A program made the position numbers and the translations under genes. Of a DNA stretch of 64,000 nucleotides, positions 11,074 to 20,937 are shown in pieces; position 1 is the first letter of the stretch; each line of letters opens with the position of its first letter. The notes beneath the pieces are model-generated. The model did no database searches. It had not been told where the DNA came from and saw only the letters and a list, made by a program, of their open reading frames with translations. Origin of the DNA: an uncultured Candidatus Binatia bacterium (GTDB lineage Bacteria; Desulfobacterota; Binatia; UBA9968; JAJDTQ01); contig OZ219754.1 in NCBI GenBank assembly GCA_964291295.2, forward strand, positions 3,168,001 through 3,232,000, in the 5' to 3' direction.

Positions 11074-14000
11074 TCACGGAGACCGTTGTATGACGGACGT
11101 ATCGAATTGGAAGCGCACAGAGCCGCGGCCGACCTGCTTGAACTGGTTGCGTGATCCTTCTCCCATGGGATTCGGCAGTTCCAGCACCATCCAGCGGTCT
11201 GGCAAAAACACGAACGGAACATAGAGAATCCGGTACTGTCGGCGTCCCCGCGCCGATACGCTGGCGGCAACGCCCATTTCGTTTGGAGTCAGTTCGAACT
11301 CGCCGGCGTCCGCCAACGACGACTTGACCTCGTAGAGCCACTCCGTCTGCGGGGTCTTGACGCAGAAGTCGTACCCTGCGGAATCGTCGCCCTCATCGCC
11401 GCCGAAAAACCGCGCGCGATTTCGCGACACCCAACACGTCTCGTCAACGGCTTCAGGGTAACGGCGACGAAGGTACTGGAACACCAGCCATTCGCTCACA
11501 AGTCCCATAGCCTGCCGCTGATCTTCGGACAGATGTTTCCCCCTGCGCCCATTTCCACCGCCAGCCCCACCGCCGGGCGGTCGGGCACCCCCGTCCATTT
11601 CGTCAAACTCGGCCAATCGCGGCCGGCAGCTTCGCTCAAACCAACCCTGATCGACGGCGATACTCTGTTCCGCCAACTGCTGGAAGTCCGCCGCGAACGA
11701 TGGATGACCCGGGTCGAGTTTGGTTCCAGCGAAGTCGATGCTTCTCTCTTCGATGATTTCCCGTTCACGTTCCCTGTGACGACGCTTCGCTTCTGCTTCA
11801 ACCGTGGCTGCATCAAGTCCCAAGGCTCCGGTTTCCAGGGTTTGTGCCATTCCCTCTGGCCAACAACCGGCACGATGGCACAGCGCGGGTATACGTTGCT
11901 CCACCACGGGATCGAAATCGAGCAGCCCCGAGTTTTCGAGACGGCGTGTCACGGCCTGCGAGTCCTGATTTCGCCACAGGTCCGGGACTGCAATACCGTT
12001 GCTGCGACACCAAGCCCCGACGACCGGGATCGCGCGAATCGCAAATTCGCGGATTGACTTGCGGTTCTTTTCGAGAAGCCCGCGAGAGGATGGCAGGTCG
12101 ATTTCCTCGTCTTGACCGAGTGTTTCGTCCAGCAACTTGGCGACATGCGCTTCGACGACTTCGTAGTCCAACGTTTCCCTCGTCAAAATCCACCTGTGGT
12201 CGAACTCAAGGAAATCCAGCGACTTGCGGCCGACGTAGACCGCGAGATCGTACCCTTCCCTGAAATCGATCGCGTGGCGCCGCCGCAGCCGTTCAAGGAT
12301 CCCTGGGCTCATCTGATTGAGGCAAGCTTTGTACACGGACCGCAGATCGTCCTCGTTGGACAGCGGGGCTTGGCCCAACTCCAGGAGCACACGGTTGAAC
12401 TGCTCGTAGTCCAGGCCCAACTTTCTGCGCAACGCAGCGCGGCTCAACTCCTGCTCACAGGCCGCGATCAGATCAGCTGGAGCGGGTACTGTCCCCGACG
12501 ACGGAACCCACGATCCCATCCACGCGGGTATGTCAAATTGCTCCCGGCCGCGCTCTGCATCCTTTTCCAACCGCCGGGCAAGCTCGACATCTGCGAAATA
12601 GGCGACCACCGGCGTCAGCAGGCTCAGCACATGCCTGAGGTCCGTTCGCAGTGCGGCCCGATGTTCCTGCAATGTGGCCGCATCACACCTCAGTGCCTCA
12701 GCAAGAGCCTCATCGCTCGGTGGACACAACGAGTCGCGGTCCTGCTGACTCTGGCAAAGCCGCAAGAGTAGCGGCTCGAGAAACCGAAACCGGGGTCCAA
12801 CAGTCGCTGAACCGTTTGGGAAAGGTCTCTGCTCAGCGTCAGCCACGAAAGCGGCACATCCTCGGACAGGATAAGCGTCGGCAATTCGGCATGTTCGAAG
12901 CCGTAACAATTCATGCCGCCCCGTGGCGGCACCTCTTTCTCGTCAACAATCAGCGAGATCGACCGGCAGCGCCTCACCCTGATCGCTCGAACGCGCCTCT
13001 CGACTGTCGCGCGTTGAACGCCCCGCTCAAGTCTCTCCGCCAGAATTTCGTGACCCAGCAGCACCACCTCCGGGAGCCATTCCAATGAGAGAGAGGACAG
13101 CTGCGGATCGCTCGAACGGGGGACGAAAGGCTCACCGTCGACCAGAAGCCGCACCCCCTTGCCGTCGATCCCGCGGGGAGTCAATGCGCCGGTCGCCGCC
13201 AACCGTTCAGCGACGCTTTCGGTCGAGGCTTCGCCGACGTCGAGCAGCGCGTGGCCGGCGGCCGACAAGATTCTGGCGGTAGACTCCTGAGCATTCTGCG
13301 TAACGATCACCCCGGGTGCTGTCTCAGGATCTCCGGCGAGGACCTCCAGCCGATCATCACGAATCACCGCCAGATCCAACTCTTGAGGCAGCGGAGTGTC
13401 AGTGCCCGAGACTTCGAGCCAAGCGCGTCGGTATTCCCTGCGGAAATCCGCGCGGTCATGCATCCGTAGAGAGGGGACGACCACCGCCAGCATTTGCAGA
13501 CGCTCTAACGCGGTATCCTTGGAGTGCCAGTCCCGCAGCCCCAGCGCGTCGCCGAAGACCAACTCCACGAATTCTTCGCTGGCTTGCATCAGTTCCAAGA
13601 CCACATCGGAAATGCGCTCCACGAATCGCGGCGGCCGGTCTCTCTTTGTCCGGGCCGCCCAACACTCCCTCGCCTTGCGGAATTGCGCTTCCTCATCGGA
13701 ACTGACGACAATCCAGGCTTTGGATCTCAGGAAGGTCGCGAGCGGCGTCGGGAGCGTTTTTTTGTCCTGGATGCCAGGTGCGCGGTCAAATCGGCCGACA
13801 TTGAAGGTGAAGTACCGGGCACCGCATGCCTCAAGATGTCTGAAGACAAGTTCGTGGAAGAGATCCTTTACACTTTCCGAAAGTTCTGCGTGCTCGATCT
13901 GCCCCGGCAGCCTCCACGCTTCTCCGCTTCTTCGATAGTCCGTGTACGGATATCTGTATGTGAAGCGCGACGCTTCCCGGCACCAATCATCATCCAGTCC

Positions 14001-16415
14001 TTGCTTCGAGTCGCCATGGCGCACCAAACTGTTCCAGTGCCGTCCCTCGTCGTTTGCCCGCACCGCCGCCGCAACCGGTTGCAATCCATTGACGACGCCC
14101 AACACCTTGAGGAAATCGACCCACTGGCGTTTGGCGTCGCCTGGGACAGATGGCCAGTTCGCGAAGTCCGCAAGAAGTGCGTCCCGTGCCCGCCGGCAGT
14201 CGGGGGACGTGTCCGCCGCTTTCACCAGGAAGTTCTCGAGTGTCTGACCCGCTGGTGTCCATGACGACGAAAACGCCGCCTGTGTCGCGGGCTTCCAGCC
14301 GCCCAGTGTCGGAACCTGCAATTGGGCGCTCCGCAGGGCTTCTTCGATCCTCGTGCCGGCAGAACGAAATAGGTCGAATGCCCATTTCAGGGCTTCCCGA
14401 CGGCGATCGTCGTTGGCCCCTTTGCCCAACGCGGCGCCGAGCCCGGCAAGCGCCTCCACCGGATCGTATTGGCGCACGAGCCCGGCATCAATGAACGCGT
14501 TCAGCGTATCCCGCCCAAACGAGATCGTCTCTTCGACGAAACGGTAGCGCCGCGTGAGCGTCGCCGGTGGCAGCGGGACTCCGCCTTTGGCGCGCAGTCC
14601 TCTCGTGCTTTCGTCGCGGACGAAGAGTCTGGCTACCGACGCATCGTCGTACCCACCTGCCGGCCGCAATTTTCTTGACCGATCGAGGAAGATCTTCTTG
14701 CCAGCCAACGCGTTGAGTTTCTCGCCAGTCGCCTCGAAAACACGCTTCAAGTCCTCATAGAAGCGCGACCATGTTCGTGGCGCTGCTCGCCAGTCGGAAA
14801 GGGAGTGTGCGAAGCGCTCCGACCACTTGGCAAGCAGCCCGCCTGAAGGCGCAAGGTCACCGTATGTCCGATCCGCCATGTCTTCGAGACGACGAAGCCG
14901 TTCATCATTGATTTCGGGCGACACAAGCCGGGCGCCGGTTCGCTTGGTGACCTCCGGCGCCTTCATCAAGGAAAACGCCCCCTCGGGCCAGAGCCTGGCC
15001 TCGTTCAGACTTGCCCAGCGGACTCCGTCAGCCGCGACCACCGGGACGATAGACGCCTCCTCGAGTGAACTCTCCATTTCGTCGAGTGCGGCGTCCAGCT
15101 TCCCGGCATGTTTGCCGGTCCAGGCAACCAAATCAAAGATCGGAAGTTGGGGAACCTTCATCACCGCCGGCCCGGTGAGGTATAGCGCGGCGTGAGCACA
15201 GGCTTCCGCCGCAGCCGTCATCAGTGTCGTATTCAACGGAAGGTCGAAGTCCGCATTGCGACGGTCGATGTCCGCGAAAAATGGCGCGTCCAGATGGCCG
15301 AGCAGCGGAGCGACGGCTGCATCTCCCATCGGTAGAAAGTTGTAAAGGCGTCCCGCGGCCAAAGCGTCGGGGGACAGGCCAACCGCGACCGAAACCGTCG
15401 GCTGGCCCTCCCACTCGAGCCAGCGTTTGATCTGCGGCGCTCTGGGGATACTTTGTTTGACCGCGGCGAGCACCCGCTCCTTGTCGACTTTATGCTGCAC
15501 CACCAGGAAACGTCGATCCTTGCCAACCCGAACCTCGTGCAGACGACAGTCCGCGATACCGGGGACAGTGCCAAGGGGTTTCTGGCGGCGACTCAGATGA
15601 CGCTGTTGCACTGACCCGTCTGGAGACCGCTCCTCGATACGAAAATCAGCGATCCGGTCGAGAAAGAGCAGCAGCGGCACATCAAGGTCAACGAGCCTTT
15701 CAACCTGCTCTCTCGCCAACTCTATCGACTCCGCCGTGCGGAGTGGCAGGACGATGACGCTCGCATAGCCTCGATGTGCGTACGAGATTACCTCATCAGG
15801 CTGTTCGTCAAGCGGACGGGGTACGAGATAACGCGGCACCGTTCGGGCGACACGGCGGGCGGTAGCCGAATCCACACCAATGGTGTGGAGCACCTCCTCC
15901 ATCTCGCCCACTTGGGCAAACCGGAAGCAATAGCCGTCGAAGCGCTTTGAATCTTCTCTGCCTCTCCGAGAGAATATTCGGACATCGTCGGTGAGCGCTT
16001 CGACACTTCGAAAGCCCAGACCCTTGTTGCCGATACCCTCACCGATTTCCTTGGCCGTGGTCGCGAGATTCATGATCGCCTCCACGTCCTTCCAGCGAAA
16101 GCCGTCGCCACCGTTTGCGACGTAAAGGGTGCCTTCACTCTCCGAGCGAATGGTAAGGTTTACCGCGATTCCCCCGCGGTCTCCGGAGCGGTGCGCATCG
16201 TGCGCGTTCTGTATCAATTCGCAAAGAACGCGGTCGCCATACTCGGTGCCGACCACTTCGTTCAGATTCCGCAGGCTCTCGTATACCTTGAGGTTCTTTC
16301 GGTGCCCGTAGACGGCATGCTTCAGCACGGCGCGAACCTGTCGTTGCAGTTGTTCGGTCGGAAGCAAATCCGACGGTTGACTATCCCGTTCTGCCCGGCC
16401 GGACATGGACATCAT
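11074..16415 (-). CDS. Large sacsin-like GHKL ATPase with C-terminal DUF3883/NOV-C nuclease-like domain, split by one frameshift at about 12792-12795
   Basis: 'ELIQNAHDA', 'VANGGDGF', 'IGNKGLGFRSV' GHKL motifs; C-terminal 'DDSAGYDF...YEVKSS...FELTPNE'; ORFs 12690..16949 and 11074..12909 join as LLDP|RFRFLEP with one added base. Confidence 0.8.
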
Positions 16416-16418
16416 CAA

Positions 16419-16900
16419 CCCGACTTTACCACTCGGAATCACGATTGCGCAGCACCAGGCTGATTTCGCCGATTTTCGCACGCAACTCATGTCGTCGGGC
16501 AGGCTGACATAGTGCGGTAAAGCGGTTTCGTGTATCATGAGGGTGATGCGCCAAGCCATGGTCCTTCCATGTCCATCCGACGCTCCCGTATTCGCAGCAG
16601 CAACGAGCACTATTACACCCACCGCCTCGTGCGCTCCGAACGCGCCGGCTCGAAGGTGCGACAGCGCACCCTGCTCAATCTTGGACGACACTTCGATGTC
16701 GCCCCACAGAACTGGCCGATGCTGTGCCGGCACATCAAGGAGATGCTTGCCGGCCAACCCTCCCTGTCCCCGGACCGCCCCCGGCGTTGGCTCAGCGAAT
16801 ACAGGGCCTTGGGCGAAGAGACTGCGCGGATGGTGGCAAAGTTGAGCCGGTGGAAGCCGAGAACGGCCGCAGCGCCGCGTAGAGGCACGGATGCCGGCGG
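16419..16900 (+). mobile_element. IS1634-family left end and transposase N-terminal fragment
   Basis: End cccgactttaccactcggaatc resembles the terminus of the IS at 20413 (cccaagtttaccacctggagtc on minus); 'YYTHRLVRSERAGSKVRQRTLLNLG' IS1634 N-terminal motif. Confidence 0.7.
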
Positions 16901-16909
16901 GGGCGGCCT

Positions 16910-18184
16910 GTGCCGGGCCGCCTGCGCACGCCTGAACCTCCAACACCACCCGCCAACACGCAGGGCACGGAGATCAAGAGACTGAAGCCATCCCGCGGCG
17001 CCTGGGTCCATCGTGGCTTCCGCCTGCTGTGGTCGGCCATCCTTGCCACCTCCTTCGGCTTCCACATCCAGCGCACTCTCGAATTGTGGCTCATCTATGA
17101 GATGACGGGCTCGGCCTTGCACCTGGGGCTCACCGGTCTGGCCCGCGGGGTTCCGGTCTTCGTCCTTTCTCTCTGGGGCGGCGTCCTGGCCGACCGCATC
17201 GACCGGCGCCGGTTCGTAATGCGGGTGCAGGCCTGCAACGCCGTCCTGAACCTGGCCCTCGCGTTGCTTGCCGTCACGGGCCTCATCGAGGCATGGCACA
17301 TTTACGTCTCGGCCTTCATGAGCGCTTCTTTCAACGCCGTGGGCGCCCCCTCCCGCAACGCCATGGTGCCGGGGCTGGTACCGCGCGCCGCGCTCCTGAA
17401 CGCGCTGTCGCTCACGGCCATGAGCCGGAAGCTGTCGCAACTTTTCGGGCCGGTGCTCACCGGCTTTCTCATCGCCTGGGCCGGCTCCGGCATCACGTAC
17501 GCCCTGAATGGCGCCGTCTACCTGTCGGCGGTCTTCCTGGTGGGAGCCATCGCGTACACGTCGGACCGGTCCAAGGCACCGGGATCGCCGTTCCGGAGCC
17601 TGATGGAGGGCATCGCGTTCGTTCGCAACGAAACTGCCATCTGGATGTTTCTCGGCATGGAACTCGTCACCGTCTACTTCGGCAGCCACCGGGCGCTGCT
17701 GCCCATCTTCGTGGCCGGCTTCGGCGCCGGCGCCGAAGCCTTCGGTGTGCTGCTCTCCGCCTCGGCCGGGGGCGCGATTGTCGGCGTCGCCGGAATGCTG
17801 TCGTTGGGCGACGTGCGCTACAAGGGGCTCTGGGTCACCTTCGGAGTCCTCGCCTACGCCGCCTGCCTCGGGATCCTGGGACTGTCCGGCTGGTTCCTCC
17901 TGTCGGCAGCCGCGGTGTTCCTGCTGGGCCTGTTCGAAGCCGTTCAGATGCTGCTCTGCAACGTGATCGTCCAGACCACCACCCCGGATCACCTGAGGGG
18001 ACGCATCCTGAGCTTCCAGCGCATGCTCGGCGTGGGCGGCCCCAGCCTCGGCGAGGCGCAATCGGGTTTCGTCGCCGCATTCATCGGCGCCCCCCTGACG
18101 CTGCTCGCCGGCGCCGCCGTCTGCGCCGGAACCGCCCTTGGGCTGATGACCTTCAGAAAGGAAATCCGCCGGGCGAACCTGTGA
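16910..18184 (+). CDS. MFS transporter
   Basis: About 12 hydrophobic segments; 'GGVLADRIDRRR' motif A; 'TPDHLRGRI'; start uncertain. Confidence 0.9.
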   Translation: MPGRLRTPEPPTPPANTQGTEIKRLKPSRGAWVHRGFRLLWSAILATSFGFHIQRTLELWLIYEMTGSALHLGLTGLARGVPVFVLSLWGGVLADRIDRRRFVMRVQACNAVLNLALALLAVTGLIEAWHIYVSAFMSASFNAVGAPSRNAMVPGLVPRAALLNALSLTAMSRKLSQLFGPVLTGFLIAWAGSGITYALNGAVYLSAVFLVGAIAYTSDRSKAPGSPFRSLMEGIAFVRNETAIWMFLGMELVTVYFGSHRALLPIFVAGFGAGAEAFGVLLSASAGGAIVGVAGMLSLGDVRYKGLWVTFGVLAYAACLGILGLSGWFLLSAAAVFLLGLFEAVQMLLCNVIVQTTTPDHLRGRILSFQRMLGVGGPSLGEAQSGFVAAFIGAPLTLLAGAAVCAGTALGLMTFRKEIRRANL

Positions 18185-18582
18185 CGATCCATTTCGTCGG
18201 AGACCCGGCGACCGCCGCGGAATGGCGGCGAAAGAACGACCCTGTCCGTCCTGGACAAGGAGACATGTCCCTGCGATGACGGCGACCGCCTGCTCCCGGT
18301 CCGTTCAGATGGACAACTCGCGTGTCACGGGGTGGCAGGTCGTCGACCATCCGGGAAACGACGAGTGCGCACTTTCGCCATCCGGCACCGTCACGATGCC
18401 AGCGGCGCCGGAACACGACACGTGCACGCGGGCACCAACCCCTCCACCGGCAAACCCAATGCAACGCCTTCCATGTCCCGGGGACGGACCCTCTCACTCC
18501 CACCTCACCTGTACCCGCACACGGGCTACCATCAGCCGCGGCGAGGCTGTAGACTGGGAGGTGCCGGGTTACATACACGCCC

Positions 18583-18861
18583 ATGATTCTCGGTTTTTGC
18601 CACCGGGGCCTTGAGCGCCTTTTCGAGAAGGGCGATCGGCGGCGGGTTTTACCCAGCCACGTTGCCCGGATCGAGCGCATTCTTGCGCGTCTCGATCAGG
18701 CTGCGGCACCGGGAGACATGAACCTGCCGGGGTTCGGACTTCACTCCCTGAAGGGCGACCTTGCGGGACACTGGGCGGTTCGCGTTTCCAGCAATTGGCG
18801 TATCGTCTTCCGATTCGATGGCGGCGACGTCAGGGACGTGGATCTGACTGACTATCATTAG
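18583..18861 (+). CDS. higB: HigB (RelE/ParE-family) toxin
   Basis: 'HRGLERLFEKG', 'LHSLKGDLAGHWAVRVSSNWRIVFRF', ends 'DYH'. Confidence 0.9.
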   Translation: MILGFCHRGLERLFEKGDRRRVLPSHVARIERILARLDQAAAPGDMNLPGFGLHSLKGDLAGHWAVRVSSNWRIVFRFDGGDVRDVDLTDYH

Positions 18862-20413
18862 CCCAAGTTTACCACCCTCCAAAAGATCTCATTACATATC
18901 ATACAGTTACGATGACCAGAAGTGGCGAGTGGCTCTACAGGTGGGTGTTTGAAGGTCTGTTACACGAGGGTTTTGCGGGTTCCTCCGGGAGCGGGATCAA
19001 TGCCCAAGGCTTTGTAGATGGCCAGCTGGGTTGGTTCGGCGCGGGTCGCTTTGCGCACGTGCAAGGTGCGCCCTTCAGCACGGCGGAAGGTAGTGGTGAC
19101 GCGCTGCTGTCCCTGGAGGACGCGGCGTAGCGTGGTCCAACTGGCGTTCTCCTCGGCTTGACGCAGGCGGGTACGGATGACCTAGACGAGTTGGTAGGCG
19201 AGCACGGTGATGAACAGATGGCCTTCGGAGCGGAGCGGCTTGTGGTGGTAGACGGGTCGCAGGCCGAGTTCGGATTTGAGGGAGCGGAAGACGGCTTCGA
19301 TGTCGGTGAGCCTGAAGTAAGTACGCCACAGGGTTTCTTCCTTCCAGTGGGTTTCGCTGCTGCGCAGGCAGTAGACGCCGGGATGGGTCATCATCGAGCC
19401 GGGGAGAGGGCGGCGGGTGAAGCGCACGGCGGTAGCACGTTGACCGGACTCATCGGTGTCGAGTGCGATGTCGTAGTGCTGGGCGATGCCGCGGGTGCTC
19501 TCCTTGAGCCGCCCGATGCGTTGCCAGACCTGCTCCACCCGTTTTTGGGTACGGGGTCGGGAGAGACCTTCGGAGAGCTTGTTCAGGGCGTTCTCGAAGC
19601 GCCGGGCGAAGCGCTCGACGATGCCGCGTTCCTTGGCGGCCCGTTGTTCGGAGAAGCAGTACAGGCGCACCTCCCGACCGTCTGGGGACAGGGCCTTGTG
19701 CAATTGTATGCCATGCTTGGAAGCGGTCTCCATGCGCTGTGCCGCTTGGGGGTCGAAGTGCCGGTTGCGTTGGCGGCTGACCACCAGGTAGCGGTAGCCC
19801 TGCTCACGCAGCCACTGCAGGCGCTCTTCGGTAGCGAGGCCCCGGTCCATCACCACCAGGGCGGCGCGCGGGGCCTTGAGCGCATCCAGCATCCGGGCCA
19901 GAGTGTGGTGCTCGCGCACGTTGCCGGCGAAGACCTGGGAGCGGCGCACGAAGCCGCTGGAGTCGAGCACGAGCCCCAGGGTGAGCAGCGGGCAATCGGT
20001 GCGCTTGTCCTTGGAGTGGCCGCGCAGGGCCTTCGGTTGGAGGGGCGCCACGCCCTCGAAGTAGGTGTTGGTCAGATCGTAGAGCGTCACGGTGGGTTCG
20101 ATCTCGAACAGGTCCATGGCCCGGTCGAACAGATGCTTTTCAATGACGTCGCGGTGGGCCATCAGGGCATCGGAGGCGCGATACAGCCGCATGGGTCCCA
20201 TGGTGGCGAATCCACCCCGAGCAGTTCACCCAGGGCGCTGCGTTCGCTGAGCCAGCGCCGGGTGGCACGCTCTGCGCCATGCGCGCGATGATCGAGCCGA
20301 TGGCGGCCGCGCGCATCGACGCGCCAAGGCCGAGTATCAATGACTTGCGTGCCAAGTTCGACAAAATCAGCCCTGATTCCTGCCCTCCCACGACTCCAGG
20401 TGGTAAACTTGGG
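18862..20413 (-). mobile_element. IS1634-family element with degenerate transposase
   Basis: 15 bp perfect terminal inverted repeats cccaagtttaccacc / ggtggtaaacttggg; 'LYDLTNTYFEG', 'GHSKDKRTD', 'VMDRG', 'IEAVFRSLKS', 'GLRPVYH'; N-terminus deleted and premature TAG at 19182. Confidence 0.9.
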
Positions 20414-20429
20414 TCAGGAGGACCGGAGC

Positions 20430-20720
20430 ATGCCGATGAAGACCCCCCCCCATCCCGGACTGTCGGTGCGTCGAGACTGCCTGGAGCCTCTCGGACTCAG
20501 CGTCACCGAAGCCGCGCGCAAGCTTGGGGTCAGCCGCAAGCAGCTGTCGGACATCGTCAACTGCCGTTCGGGGATCTCCCCGGAGATGGCGATTCGGCTC
20601 GACAAGGCGTTCGGTGGCGGCGCCGACACATGGTATCGACTCCAGGCCGCCTGGGAGCTTGCCCAAGCGAAGAAACGGGCGCACCGCATCAGGGTCGAAC
20701 GCCTGGTGCCCGCGGTCTGA
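20430..20720 (+). CDS. higA: HigA antitoxin
   Basis: 'PPHPG', '[22 protein letters not shown]', 'ISPEMAIRL', '[10 protein letters not shown]'; AGGAGG RBS upstream. Confidence 0.9.
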   Translation: MPMKTPPHPGLSVRRDCLEPLGLSVTEAARKLGVSRKQLSDIVNCRSGISPEMAIRLDKAFGGGADTWYRLQAAWELAQAKKRAHRIRVERLVPAV

Positions 20721-20937
20721 CCCGGCCGAGCTTACCTTTCAAGGATTGCGCATCATGGATCATGCCGTCGGGGTTCCGTTCCACATGCCTCCGGTTCCGG
20801 CAGAACCGGAAGGGCGGGGGAACGGGAGGGCTTCGCATGGAGTGAAACGGGCGAAGCCCACGGACGTATTCAAATGCAACAGGCGTTGGACACCGCTTGA
20901 AACAGCAACATCGCCGCGCACGGAAGCGATCAGGAAG

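Noticed and set aside
16416-16949. N-terminal 178 aa of the 1419 aa ORF
   Set aside because: Antisense read-through of the IS1634 remnant, not part of the ATPase
19182-19184. TAG in the IS1634 transposase as a recoding site
   Set aside because: Element also has a deletion and frameshifts; ordinary nonsense mutation is the simpler explanation
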